This document shows, one piece after another, positions 52,560-62,909 of a DNA stretch of 64,000 bases. Under the pieces are notes generated by a model, which was not told the origin of the DNA, ran no database searches, and saw only the letters and a list, made by a program, of their open reading frames with translations. The stretch covers positions 1,824,001-1,888,000 of the forward strand of contig CBDBGH010000003.1 in NCBI GenBank assembly GCA_965205265.1, written 5' to 3'. The stretch is from Alphaproteobacteria bacterium (GTDB lineage Bacteria > Pseudomonadota > Alphaproteobacteria > Bin95). Numbering within the stretch: position 1 is the first letter of the stretch; each line of letters starts with the position of its first letter. A program made the position numbers and the translations under genes.

Positions 52560-53540
52560 GTGAAGGTCATCGACTCGCATGCCCATTACGTTCCCCAGAC
52601 TGTGTTCGACAGGCTCGCAAGGGGTGCGGCCCGCTTCGACGGGGTCGAATGCCTGCATGAGGAGGGGCGCTTCCGCCTGGCCTTTGGGGGACGGGACCCG
52701 ACCCGGCCGGTCAACCCGAAGCTGCGCGAAGCCGAAGAACGCCTTGCCTGGATGGACGAACAGGGCCTCGACCGGCAGGTGGTCGCGCCCTGGACCGACA
52801 GCTTCGGCTACGAACTGGAAGGCGGAACCGGGGCGGACTGGAACCGCTTCTGCAACGAGGCGCTATGGCGGGCCTGCGAGAGCGAGGAACGCCTGATCCC
52901 GCTGGCCGGCGTGCCGCTGCAGGACGGCGAGGCGGCTGCGGAGGTGCTCTGCGAGGCGCTCGACCACGGCTTTCGCGGCTTCATGATCGGCACGCAGCCC
53001 CATGGCGATTCGGGCGTGCTCGACGACCCGTCGCTCGAGCCCTTCTGGGCGGCGGCGCATGAGCGCGGGGCCGTGCTCTATGTCCACCCGATGTATGTAA
53101 CCGGCGACCCGCGCGTCTTGGACTACGACATGGTCAACGCGGTCGGCAGGCTGGCGGACACCACGGTGGCCGTGGCGCGGATCCTGTTTTCGGGCCATGT
53201 GCTGAAATATTCCGGCGCGAAACTGATCCTGAGCCATGGCGGCGCGGCGCTGCCTTTCGCGCTCGGCCGGCTGGTGCGAAACGTCAAGGCCCATCCGGGG
53301 CAGTATGCCGACCCGGCGGAGGGCCTCTCGCGGCTCTATGCGGACAGCTGCGTGTTCCGGCCGGACGCGCTCCGTTTCCTGGTGGACCTGATGGGCGCGG
53401 AGCGCGTGATGCTCGGCTCCGACTATCCCTTCCCGATCGGCGACCCCGCGCCGCGCAAGGTCGTGGACGACACGCCCCTCACGGATGCCGAGCGGGCCGA
53501 AATCCTGTCCAATTCGACGGCGCGTCTGCTGGGGTTGTGA
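52560..53540 (+). CDS. Amidohydrolase-2 family (decarboxylase/hydratase-like) protein
   Basis: IDSHAH, YVHP, SHGGA, GSDYPF. Confidence 0.88.
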   Translation: MKVIDSHAHYVPQTVFDRLARGAARFDGVECLHEEGRFRLAFGGRDPTRPVNPKLREAEERLAWMDEQGLDRQVVAPWTDSFGYELEGGTGADWNRFCNEALWRACESEERLIPLAGVPLQDGEAAAEVLCEALDHGFRGFMIGTQPHGDSGVLDDPSLEPFWAAAHERGAVLYVHPMYVTGDPRVLDYDMVNAVGRLADTTVAVARILFSGHVLKYSGAKLILSHGGAALPFALGRLVRNVKAHPGQYADPAEGLSRLYADSCVFRPDALRFLVDLMGAERVMLGSDYPFPIGDPAPRKVVDDTPLTDAERAEILSNSTARLLGL

Positions 53541-53599
53541 GGTGACATTCCGGCAAACCGCACTAATTTCGGGAAGACAGCCATCGGGGAGGCGCGGCG

Positions 53600-55183
53600 A
53601 TGCAACAGGGCTGGGTCAGGGCCGTCGGCGTCGAGGAACTCCGGCGGAAGGGGCGCACGGTCTTCCGGCTCGACGGCCGCCAGATCGCTCTCTTCGACAC
53701 GCCCAAAGGCATCCGCGCCTGCAACAACCGCTGCCCGCATGAGGGCTATCCGTTGCGCGAAGGCACGCTCGACGGCGACTGCCTGCTCACCTGCAACTGG
53801 CACAACTGGAAGTTCGACCTGGAAACGGGCGAGAACCAGCGCGACGGCGACAGGCTGCGCGTCTATCCGGTCGAGGTCCGCGACGGCGATGTGTGGGTCG
53901 AGATCGTCGATCCGCCCGTCGAGGAGCGGCTCGCGAAATCGCTCGACGACCTGAAGCAGGGATTCCGCGACCACGACTACGAACGGCTGGCGCGCGAGAT
54001 CGCCCGGATCGCGCAGCTCGGCGTCGATCCCGCACGCGCCATCAGGGACGCGATCCATTGGTCGCATGACAGGCTGGAATTCGGCTGGACGCACGCCTAT
54101 GCCGGCGCGGCGGACTGGCTGGCGCTTTACGACAGCCGCGCAGACAGGCCCGAGGACCGCCTCATCTGCCTTCTGGAGTCCCTCGGCCACATGGCCGAGG
54201 ACACGCTGCGGGAGCGGCGCTACCCCTATGCAGAAGGCGTCGAGACATGGGACGAGGAGGCTTTCTACCGAGCGGTCGAGGAAGAAGACGAAGCGCGCGC
54301 CCTTCGCCTGACACGCGGCGCGGTCGCCACCGGCGATGCCTGGCGCGCGATGGAGCGCGGACTGGCCCGCGCCGCGTTGGCGCACTATTCGGATTTCGGC
54401 CACTCCGCCATCTATGTGACGAAGGCCGGCGCACTGATCCGCCGGCTTGGCGAGGACGTTGCCGAGCCGGTCCTGCTTTCGCTGGTAAGGGGGCTGGTGT
54501 CGGCCTTCCGCGAGGACCTGATCCCCGAATTCCGCAGCTACGGCGCGGCGCTGGAGACATTCGGAGCGGAACCGAACGGAGCGGCGCCCGCCGCGGCGGA
54601 CTATGCCGGCCTGAACGCCAACAGCGCGATGGCTTTCACCGCCCGGCACGGCGCCGCGCCGGCGCTCGACCTGTTCCGCAGCCTGCTGGGGGCCAATGCG
54701 CTCAACATGGTGCGCTTCGACATCAGGCACCTGAACGACCTCGACCAGCCCTATGGAAGCGATTTCGGCTGGCTCGACCTGACCCACGGGCTGACCTTTG
54801 CCGAAGCGGTGCTGGGGCTCTGCTCCAGATTTCCGGAGCTGTGGCCGTCGGGACTGTTGCAGATGGCCTGTTTCTCCGGCCGCAATATCGGGCACCAGGA
54901 CGGGAAGGTGGACCCGGACGACTGGACGGTTGCGGACCCGGACGCCTTTTTCGCCGAGGCCGAGCGCATGCTCCTCGACCACGGCCACGACCGCTACATC
55001 GTCTCCGTCCATCTGGTGAAAACGGCGTCATCGGTGCGCAGCCTGCTGGCTTCGGGCGAAGCGGGCCGGTCCGGCGAACTGGCGCTTGCGGCGCTCAACC
55101 GCCTGCTGCATTCGCCCGTGCGCCGCAAGATGGTGCGCCGCACGGCCCGCCAGGCCATGCGCTTCGTCGAGACCGACATTTAG
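53600..55183 (+). CDS. Rieske [2Fe-2S] domain fused to large helical His-motif domain
   Basis: NRCPHEG...CNWHNWKFDL Rieske ligands; C-terminal ~420 aa with WTHA, FGHSAI, LTHGL, VHLVK motifs. Confidence 0.8.
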   Translation: MQQGWVRAVGVEELRRKGRTVFRLDGRQIALFDTPKGIRACNNRCPHEGYPLREGTLDGDCLLTCNWHNWKFDLETGENQRDGDRLRVYPVEVRDGDVWVEIVDPPVEERLAKSLDDLKQGFRDHDYERLAREIARIAQLGVDPARAIRDAIHWSHDRLEFGWTHAYAGAADWLALYDSRADRPEDRLICLLESLGHMAEDTLRERRYPYAEGVETWDEEAFYRAVEEEDEARALRLTRGAVATGDAWRAMERGLARAALAHYSDFGHSAIYVTKAGALIRRLGEDVAEPVLLSLVRGLVSAFREDLIPEFRSYGAALETFGAEPNGAAPAAADYAGLNANSAMAFTARHGAAPALDLFRSLLGANALNMVRFDIRHLNDLDQPYGSDFGWLDLTHGLTFAEAVLGLCSRFPELWPSGLLQMACFSGRNIGHQDGKVDPDDWTVADPDAFFAEAERMLLDHGHDRYIVSVHLVKTASSVRSLLASGEAGRSGELALAALNRLLHSPVRRKMVRRTARQAMRFVETDI

Positions 55184-55337
55184 GCGCTGCCGAACCGCTC
55201 CCCGCCGCGCAACCGACTCGGACGGATTGCGGATGCCCGGGTTCCGGCGTGTAATGCTCCGGGAGGATGCCGCGGCCGCGGCGATGGCCGAGCGGTGCGC
55301 GGCGGACTCCAGGCACAACCCGGAAGGAGACACGATC

Positions 55338-56933
55338 ATGCCGAACCCACCTCGCAACTGGCTGGCCCGAAGGGCGCGGGGCATCGTGCCGGCGGCGGCG
55401 CTCAGCCTCGCTGTCGCCTTCCCGGCGGCGGGTCAGACCGAACTCAATGTGGCCATTCACGCGGACCTGAAGAACATCGACCCGATCTGGACCACCGCGC
55501 TCATCACCAGCAATCACGGCTATGCGATCTACGACACGCTGTTCGCCACGGATGCGGATTTCAACGTCCAGCCGCAGATGGCCGAAGGCTATACCCTGAG
55601 CGATGATGGGCTCGTTTACACCATCACGCTCCGCGACGGCCTCAACTGGCATGACGGGACGCCGGTGACCGCGAAGGACTGCGTGGCTTCCATCAAGCGC
55701 TGGGGCCAGCGCGACGTGTTCGGACAGCTCCTCATGGAGCGGGTCGATACCATGGTGGCGGCGGACGACCGCACCATCGTGATGACGCTCAAGAATCCCT
55801 GGGCCCTGGCCATCGCCGCGCTTGGCAAGAAGAACGCGAACGTTCCCTTCATGATGCCGGAGCGGGTCGCGATGACCGATCCGCACGAGCAGATCAAGGA
55901 GATGGTCGGCTCGGGGCCCTTCAGGATTCTGGAGGACGAATGGGTGCCCGGCAGCAAGGTCGTTTACGAGAAGAACGCGGACTATGTGCCGCGCGCGGAA
56001 CCCGCAAGCGAGACGGCGGGCGGCAAGGTCGTCCATTTCGACCGCCTCGTCTGGCAGTACATTCCGGATTCGCAGACCACCGCGAACGCTCTCGTCGCGG
56101 GCGAGATCGACCTCATCGAGAACGTCCCGGCGGACCTCGTGCCGCAACTCAACGCCGCCGAGGGCGTCACCGTGGAGCCGACGGACGGGCTCGGCTGGCA
56201 GCCCTGGCTCGTCATCAACCACCTGCACCCGCCCTTCGACAATGTGAAGGCCCGCCAGGCCCTCCAGCTCATGGCGGACCAGGCCACCTACCAGCTGGCG
56301 AACAGCTCGCTGGAAGGCTCTTGGCGCACCTGTCCGGCGATGTTCATCTGCGACACGCCCCATGCCAGCGACCTCGGCTCGGAACGGCTCATGCAACAGG
56401 ACATCGAGGCGGCGAAGAAGCTGCTCGCCGAGTCCGGTTACAACGGGGAGCCTGTCGTTCTCCTGCACCCGACAGACATCCCGCAGCTCCACTCGGCGAG
56501 CCTGGTGAGCGCCGCGCTGCTGCGCGAGATCGGCGTCAATGTGGACGACCAGGCGATGGACTGGTCCACCCTCACCTCGCGCCGGGCCGAGAAGAAGGCC
56601 CCGGCCGATGGCGGCTGGAACCTGTTCCACACGGCCTGGCCGGCGAACATGCTGCTCAACCCGATGATGCACAACGGCGTCTCGGGCGCCTGCGACGCGG
56701 CATGGTTCGGCTGGCCCTGCGACGAGGAACTCCAGGAGCTCAGGGCGAAATTCTCCAATGAAGCCGACCCGGAAACGCTGGTCACGCTCTCCCGGCGGAT
56801 GCAGGAGCGGGCAATGGAATATGTCACCTACATTCCTCTGGGGCAGTATTTCTTCTACCGCGCCTACCGGAACGAGGTGAGCGGGGTCATCCCCTCCACC
56901 GACGCCTTCTTCTGGAACATCCGCAAGAACTAG
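55338..56933 (+). CDS. ABC transporter substrate-binding protein, family 5 (peptide/opine-like)
   Basis: Signal peptide, IYDTLFA, TLRDGL.WHDG, GSGPF, HPPFDN.KARQA. Confidence 0.9.
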   Translation: MPNPPRNWLARRARGIVPAAALSLAVAFPAAGQTELNVAIHADLKNIDPIWTTALITSNHGYAIYDTLFATDADFNVQPQMAEGYTLSDDGLVYTITLRDGLNWHDGTPVTAKDCVASIKRWGQRDVFGQLLMERVDTMVAADDRTIVMTLKNPWALAIAALGKKNANVPFMMPERVAMTDPHEQIKEMVGSGPFRILEDEWVPGSKVVYEKNADYVPRAEPASETAGGKVVHFDRLVWQYIPDSQTTANALVAGEIDLIENVPADLVPQLNAAEGVTVEPTDGLGWQPWLVINHLHPPFDNVKARQALQLMADQATYQLANSSLEGSWRTCPAMFICDTPHASDLGSERLMQQDIEAAKKLLAESGYNGEPVVLLHPTDIPQLHSASLVSAALLREIGVNVDDQAMDWSTLTSRRAEKKAPADGGWNLFHTAWPANMLLNPMMHNGVSGACDAAWFGWPCDEELQELRAKFSNEADPETLVTLSRRMQERAMEYVTYIPLGQYFFYRAYRNEVSGVIPSTDAFFWNIRKN

Positions 56934-56948
56934 GCAGCCGCTCAACCT

Positions 56949-56983
56949 GCCCGCCCGCCGCGCAAACCGGGCGGCGGGCGGGC
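56949..56983 (+). terminator. GC-rich intergenic stem-loop between SBP and amidase
   Basis: GCCCGCCCGCCG ... CGGCGGGCGGGC inverted repeat, no U-tract. Confidence 0.45.
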
Positions 56984-57010
56984 GGCATACCGACCCGGGA
57001 GACCCGCGCC

Positions 57011-58423
57011 ATGCAGGACGAGGACCTCTGTTTCCGCTCCGCGACCGATCTCGCCGCCGACATCCGCGCCCGCCGCCTCTCGCCCGTGGAGCTTGCCCGG
57101 GCGGTAATCGCGCGCATCGAGGCGCTCAATCCGGCCCTCAACTGCTTTTGCACGCCGACGCCGGAGATCGCGCTGGAGCAGGCGAAGGCGGCGGAAGAGG
57201 CGGTCATGCGCGGCCGGCCCCTCGGCCTGCTGCACGGCATGCCCTATTCGATCAAGGACCTTCAGCCGACCAGGGGCGTGCGCACCATGCGCGGCTCGAA
57301 GATCTTCGAGCACAACATCCCCGAAGACGACACGCCGCTTGAGCGGCGCCTCCGGGACGCCGGCGGTGTCTTCCTCGGCAAGACGACGAGTCCCGAGTTC
57401 GGCTGGAAGGGCGCGACCGACAGCCCCGTCACCGGCATTACCCGCAACCCCTGGAACCTGGAGCGCACGCCCGGCGGTTCGAGCGGCGGCGCTTCGGCCC
57501 AGGTCGCGGCGGGGCTCGGGCCGCTCGCCTAGGGCGGCGACGGCGGCGGCTCGATCCGCATACCGTCTTCCTTCGCGGGCATTTTCGGCATCAAGCCGAC
57601 CATCGGCCTCGTGCCCTATGTGCCGATGCCGCATAACGGCCTCCTGTCCCATCTCGGGCCGATGACCCGCACCGTGTCCGACGCAGCCCTCATGCTGAGC
57701 GCGCTTTCCGGCTACGACCCGGCCGACCGCTTCAGCCAGCCGGGGTCGCCGCAGGACTTCCTTGCCGGCCTCCATGACGGGGTCGCCGGCCTCAGGGTGT
57801 TCTGGAGTCCGACCCTCGGCTATGCGGAGGTGGACCCGGAGGTCGCGGAAGCGACCGCGCGCGCGGCCGCCCGCTTTGCGGAACTCGGCGCCGAGGTGGA
57901 GGAAGGCGACCCCGGCCTCGGCAATGCGACGGACTTCTTCATCGTGCTCTACCAGAGCGCCGTCGCCGGCGGCCTGGTCCAGTATCTCGACGAATGGGAA
58001 ACGGAGATGGACCCCGGCCTCGTGCATATGGTGCGCCGGGGCATGGAATACAGCGCGGTGGACTACGTGCAGGCCCGGATCGAGCGGCTCGCCTTTTGCG
58101 ACCGGCTGGCCCGGTTCTTCGAGACCTACGACCTGCTGCTCACGCCTGCGACCGCCGTCCCGGCATTCCCGGTGGGCCGGGTGGCGCCGGAGCCCGGCCG
58201 GTTCGAGGCGGAGGACCTGTTTGCGTGGACGCCGTTCAGCTTCCCGTTCAACGCAAGCGGCAATCCGGCCGCGAGCGTGCCTTGCGGCTTCACCCGGGAC
58301 GGTCTCCCCATCGGGCTCCAAATTGTGGGCCGGCTCCATGAGGACCGGCGGGTGCTGCAGGCCGCCGCCGCCTTCGAACGCATTGCACCCTGGGCCGACC
58401 GCCGCCCCAAACTACCGGCCTAG
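57011..58423 (+). pseudogene. Amidase-signature family gene interrupted by one in-frame TAG (57530-57532)
   Basis: One continuous frame: YSIKDL...GGSSGG...GLGPLA*GGDGGGSIRIP...GLPIGLQIVG. Confidence 0.8.
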
Positions 58424-59046
58424 TAGATCGTCTTCTCCAGCTCGGCCGAATAGGCGCGGTCCCAGGATTTCGCCTCGAACTCGCCCTCGGTATCGAGCGC
58501 TTCCATGATCTCGCCGAGGGTCGGCAGGGAGTCGCGGGGCACGCGGGTTTCCGGGCGCCAGAGGCGGGAGCGGACGAGCGCCTTCGGGCACTGGATATAG
58601 ACCCGGTCCACCGCGACCGAGAGCACGCTGCGCGGCAGCTGCCCCCTGATCTCGAAACGCGCCAGCAGGTCGGGGTCGGTGCCGATGCGCCCGCGCCCGT
58701 TGATACGCAGCGTCTCGCCGACGCCGGGAATGAGGAAGAGCAGCGAGAGGCGCGGGTCGCGAACGATGTTGCGCAGGCTGTCGAGCCGGTTGTTGCCGCG
58801 CCGGTCGGGCAGCAGCACGGTCTTCGGGTCCTGCACCTGCACGAACCCCGCCGGGTCGCCGCGCGGGCTGCAATCGAGCCCTTCCGGCCCGACCGTCGCG
58901 AGCACGACGAAGGGTGCTGCGTCGATGAAGGCGCGGTAGTGGTCGGAGATGTGGTCGATCTCCTTGAGGATCGCGCGCCGCCGGGGCGGCATCTCGTAGA
59001 GCGCCTCCAGCTCGGCTTCGCTCCCGATCCATCCGTTCGACTGCAT
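58420..59046 (-). CDS. Pyridoxamine 5'-phosphate oxidase-like FMN-binding protein
   Basis: DCSPRGD..GFV, PDRRGNNRLDSL.N, GETLRINGR, QCPKALVRS.LW. Confidence 0.88.
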   Translation of the reverse strand: MQSNGWIGSEAELEALYEMPPRRRAILKEIDHISDHYRAFIDAAPFVVLATVGPEGLDCSPRGDPAGFVQVQDPKTVLLPDRRGNNRLDSLRNIVRDPRLSLLFLIPGVGETLRINGRGRIGTDPDLLARFEIRGQLPRSVLSVAVDRVYIQCPKALVRSRLWRPETRVPRDSLPTLGEIMEALDTEGEFEAKSWDRAYSAELEKTIY

Positions 59047-59078
59047 GGCGTTTCCTCCTTTGTGCGGCGCGCCGGCGG

Positions 59079-59999
59079 TCACGCCATCGGCATTCCCGCA
59101 TGGACGCTGCGGGAGTTCGCGATTTCGAAAAACTGGCCCGAAAGCGACGGCATGGCGACCTCGGCGATGCTCTCCGGCGTCCAGTTGCCGTTGCGGTGAA
59201 CCGTGCGCACGGGGCGCGAATGGCCGTAAAGCGTAAGCTCGCCCGCGCGCTGGTGGAACACCTGGCCGCTGACATAGCCCGCCTCCTCCGAGGCGAGGAA
59301 GGTGCAGAGCGGGGCAATGGCGTCCGCCCGGCTGAGCCTCAGCCGCTCGTCCCGGATCGCCGCCGCCTTCGGGTCCTTGGGCGTTGGCACGCTGCGGGTC
59401 ATGCGGGTGTCGGCCGAGGGCGCGATGACATTGGCGGTCACGTTCTTCGAGGCGTTCTCCATCGCCACGATGCGCGCCAGCGCCACGATGCCGAGCTTCG
59501 CCGCGCCGTAATTGGCCTGGCCGATATTGCCGAGCAGGCCGGAGGTCGAGGAGACCATGATGATGCGCCCGTATTCCTGCTCGCGGAACAGGTTGATCGC
59601 CGCGCGGTTGACGTTGAAATGCCCGGTCAGGTGGACGTCGATGACCGCCTGCCAGTCCTCCGGCGACATCTTGTGGAACATGCGGTCGCGCAGGATGCCG
59701 GCGGGGTTGAAGACGATATGCAGCCCGCCGAACTCGTCGCGGGCCTGCTGGACCATGTCGAGGCAGTCCTCGAAGCTGGCGACGGAGCCGAAATTCGCGG
59801 CCGCCTCGCCGCCCGCCGCCCTGATCTCATCGGCGATTTCCTGGGCCGGCGTCCGGTCGCCGCCCTCGCCGCCGCCGCCGACGCCGGGATCGTTGACCAC
59901 CACGCGCGCGCCGTTCGCGGCCATCATCTTCGCCACTTCGGCGCCGACGCCGCGCCCCGAGCCGGTGCAGATCGCAACCCGTCCTTCCAGCATTCCCAT
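59079..59999 (-). CDS. Short-chain dehydrogenase/reductase (3-hydroxyacyl-CoA dehydrogenase-like)
   Basis: TGSGRGVG, VVVND.G, AGILRD, GQANYGAAK. Confidence 0.9.
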   Translation of the reverse strand: MGMLEGRVAICTGSGRGVGAEVAKMMAANGARVVVNDPGVGGGGEGGDRTPAQEIADEIRAAGGEAAANFGSVASFEDCLDMVQQARDEFGGLHIVFNPAGILRDRMFHKMSPEDWQAVIDVHLTGHFNVNRAAINLFREQEYGRIIMVSSTSGLLGNIGQANYGAAKLGIVALARIVAMENASKNVTANVIAPSADTRMTRSVPTPKDPKAAAIRDERLRLSRADAIAPLCTFLASEEAGYVSGQVFHQRAGELTLYGHSRPVRTVHRNGNWTPESIAEVAMPSLSGQFFEIANSRSVHAGMPMA

Positions 60000-60088
60000 C
60001 GAACCGTCTCCCCTCCTTGGTCCCGGCAGCCCAATGCCCCGCCGCGAATGTGCGGGCTATCGCGCCGCCTGTCAAAACCGGCTGCGCC

Positions 60089-61255
60089 CTACCGCAGCGA
60101 ACTGCCGAACAGGTCGCGGGCGACGATGTGGCGCTGGACCTCGTTCGGGCCCTCGCCGATGCGGCGGATGCGCATTTCGCGGTACCAGCGCTCGAACGGC
60201 AGGTCCTTCGTGACGCCGTAGCCGCCATGGATTTGCATCGCGCGGTCCACCACCCGGCCGGACGCCTCCGTCGCCACGATCTTGGCGAGCGCGGAGTCGG
60301 TGCGGAACGGCTCGCCGCGCCGCGCCTTGTCGGCGGCCGCCATCGTGATCCAGTGGGCCTGGCGTATGTCGATCTCGTTCTCCACCACCATCCACTGGAT
60401 GCCCTGGCGGTGCGCCAGCCTGTCGCCGAAGGTCTCCCTTATCTTCGCGTATTCGACCGCCAGTTCCTGCGCCTTGATGGCGACGCCGATGCAGGTGGCG
60501 GCATAGGGGATGCGCTGGCGCGACACGCGGTCGTTGGCGATGGCGAAACCGCCGTTCACCGCGCCCAGCACATTGGCGTGCGGCACGCGCATGTCCTCGA
60601 ACTGCAGCTCGGTCGCGTAGCGGGCCGCGCGCAGCGTGTGGACGATGCGCCGCACATGGAAGCCCGGCGTGTCCGTCTCGACGATGAAGCAGGTGACGCC
60701 GGCCCGCCCCTTGCCCGGGTCGGTGCGGGCGAAGACGAGGCCGAAATCCGCCCGGTCGGCGCCGGAGATGAACATCTTGGCGCCGTTGATGACCCAGTCG
60801 TCGCCGTCGCGGACCGCGCGGGTCTGGATGGCGCGGGCCGGGTCCGAGCCGCCGGAGGGCTCCGTCAGGCCGAAGAAGGTCTTCTTCTCGCCCCTCAGCA
60901 TCGGAAACAGGAAGCGCTGCTTCTGGTCGTCATTGGCCTCGAACATCTGCGCCAGGCCCGCGCCGCCGAACACGTTGTAGCAGGGCGCGTAGAGGCCCGC
61001 CCGGTGCTGCGACATCTCGATGGCGAGCAGGGTGCGGGTCACGATATCCACGTCCGGCCCGCCGAATTCGGGCGGGATGTCGAGGCCGTAGAGACCCATC
61101 TCGGCCACCCGGCCGGCAAGGCGCTCATGGTCTTCCGGCGGCAGGCTGTCGGCGTCGGGGTCGAGGCCGTCCTCCAGCGGCACGATCTCCTCGCGCACGA
61201 AGCGGCGCACCTGGTCCACGATCAGTTTCTGCTCGTCGGTAAGCGACAGGTCCAT
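60089..61255 (-). CDS. Acyl-CoA dehydrogenase
   Basis: FGLTEPSGGSD, NGAKMFIS, QIHGGYG, RIGEGPNEVQR. Confidence 0.92.
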   Translation of the reverse strand: MDLSLTDEQKLIVDQVRRFVREEIVPLEDGLDPDADSLPPEDHERLAGRVAEMGLYGLDIPPEFGGPDVDIVTRTLLAIEMSQHRAGLYAPCYNVFGGAGLAQMFEANDDQKQRFLFPMLRGEKKTFFGLTEPSGGSDPARAIQTRAVRDGDDWVINGAKMFISGADRADFGLVFARTDPGKGRAGVTCFIVETDTPGFHVRRIVHTLRAARYATELQFEDMRVPHANVLGAVNGGFAIANDRVSRQRIPYAATCIGVAIKAQELAVEYAKIRETFGDRLAHRQGIQWMVVENEIDIRQAHWITMAAADKARRGEPFRTDSALAKIVATEASGRVVDRAMQIHGGYGVTKDLPFERWYREMRIRRIGEGPNEVQRHIVARDLFGSSLR

Positions 61256-61301
61256 GAGCTCGATGCTCTCCTGATTCCGGGAATTCTCCGGCCGCAGCCC
61301 T

Positions 61302-61637
61302 TCAGGCCGGGCTGAGCCGCCCGAGGCCGCGCGCATCCTCCGGCGGGTTCCACGCCGGCAGCCCGCCATGGTCGGCGCGGTGGGCCATCATCAACTCCAG
61401 CCAGCGCGTGCGCGGCTGGTGGTTGACCTCCAGGCGGAAGAACAGCCCCTCGCCGCGCTCTTCCAGCTCGCGCCCGAGCTCGCCGCGCAGGCCGAACAGC
61501 GAGCGGGCATCGACCCTGACGATGGCCCGCACCGCAGCCCCGTCGTCGGAGAGCTGATAGACGCCGAGCTGGCCGCTGAGCCCGGCCACGGCCTCCGCAT
61601 CCAGCCGCCGCCAGGGCTTGTCGAGTCTGACGGCCAT
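61302..61637 (-). CDS. Small conserved hypothetical protein (possible GIY-YIG-like fold)
   Basis: RLDKPW, GQLGVYQL, RSLFGLRGEL; operonic between ECH and ACAD. Confidence 0.65.
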   Translation of the reverse strand: MAVRLDKPWRRLDAEAVAGLSGQLGVYQLSDDGAAVRAIVRVDARSLFGLRGELGRELEERGEGLFFRLEVNHQPRTRWLELMMAHRADHGGLPAWNPPEDARGLGRLSPA

Positions 61638-62393
61638 CTATGCCCCCGTGAAGTTGGCCGGGCGCTTCTCCAGCCGCGCCGCGATGCCTTCCTGCGCGTC
61701 TCCGGAAAGGCGGGCGGCGCGCAGCATGGGCAGCAGGTCTTCATGCGGCGTCGCGTCGCGAAAGGCCATCTGCCGGAGCATGACGGCCTTCATCGCCTTC
61801 ATCGCGAGCGGCGCATTGGCGGCGAGCCGCCGGGTGACGGCCTCGACCGCCGCTTCCAGCCCGGCGTCGGGCACGGCCTTGTAGATCATGCCGAGCGCGT
61901 GCATCCGCGCAGCCGGCAGCGGGTCGCCGAGCAGCAGCATTTCGCGCGCCGCGACGGGTCCGCCGGTCTCGACGATCTTCTTGGCGAGGAACCAGGTCGG
62001 CACCAGCCCGATCTGGGCGAGCGACATGCCGAAGCGCGCGCTCTCGGCCGCCACCACCAGGTCGCAATGCAGCGCCAGCTCGTTGCCGCCCGCAATCGCA
62101 TCGCCGTGCACGACCCCGACCACGGGCAGGGGATAGTGCTGCACGGCGTCCAGAACCGCCTCGATCGGGCTTTCGGTATCGAGCGTGCCCGCCCGCTCGC
62201 GGAGGTCCATCCCGGCGCAGAAGGCCGGCCCCTCGGCGCGCAGCACGGTCAGCCGCTCCTCCCGGTCCGGCTCGCTCCGGAAGGCGGCGAGCAGCGCGTC
62301 GAGCATCTCGCGATTGAGCGCGTTGCGCTTTTCCGGGCGGTTCAGGCGCACGGTGCGCACCGGGCCCTCGCGTTCGATCGGGACAATCGCCAT
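61638..62393 (-). CDS. Enoyl-CoA hydratase/isomerase family protein
   Basis: LNRPEKRNAL, FCAGMDL, AIAGG.ELAL.CD, EKRPANF. Confidence 0.9.
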   Translation of the reverse strand: MAIVPIEREGPVRTVRLNRPEKRNALNREMLDALLAAFRSEPDREERLTVLRAEGPAFCAGMDLRERAGTLDTESPIEAVLDAVQHYPLPVVGVVHGDAIAGGNELALHCDLVVAAESARFGMSLAQIGLVPTWFLAKKIVETGGPVAAREMLLLGDPLPAARMHALGMIYKAVPDAGLEAAVEAVTRRLAANAPLAMKAMKAVMLRQMAFRDATPHEDLLPMLRAARLSGDAQEGIAARLEKRPANFTGA

Positions 62394-62492
62394 CGATTCC
62401 TCGAATTGTCATTTTTTCGGCGGGAAAGTCTTGCACGGGCGCGCGCGCTATCCAACCATGCCCGGCCTTGGGGAAACGCAGGGGAACATGGC

Positions 62493-62909
62493 ATGCAACC
62501 ATCGCTCGCGCCCGACCTGAAAAGCGTCCGCCGTTTCGATGTCACCGCGGACCAGACCATCGATTTCATGGGCGAGGACCTGCGGGTGCTGGCGACGCCG
62601 TTCATGCTGGCGCGGGTGGAGCAGACCTGCCGCGACCTTGTGGTGTCCCATCTCGACGACGGCGAGGACACGGTCGGCATGCGGGTGGAGATCGACCATC
62701 TGGGGCCGACGCTCGCCGGCATGTGGATCGAGGTTTCGGCCCGCGTGGTGTCTCTGGACGGCCAGCGCATCGAGCTGGCGGCGGACATTTGCGACGCGCT
62801 CGGCCAGGTGGGCCGCGCCCGCCATACCCGCTTCGTCATCGACAAGGTCCGCCAGCGCGAACGCCTCGCCGCGCGCCGGGCCAAGGCGGAGGCCGCCGGC
62901 GCGCTTTAG
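62493..62909 (+). CDS. Hotdog-fold thioesterase (FlK-like)
   Basis: VLATP, E..C, TVG....HLGPT. Confidence 0.82.
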   Translation: MQPSLAPDLKSVRRFDVTADQTIDFMGEDLRVLATPFMLARVEQTCRDLVVSHLDDGEDTVGMRVEIDHLGPTLAGMWIEVSARVVSLDGQRIELAADICDALGQVGRARHTRFVIDKVRQRERLAARRAKAEAAGAL

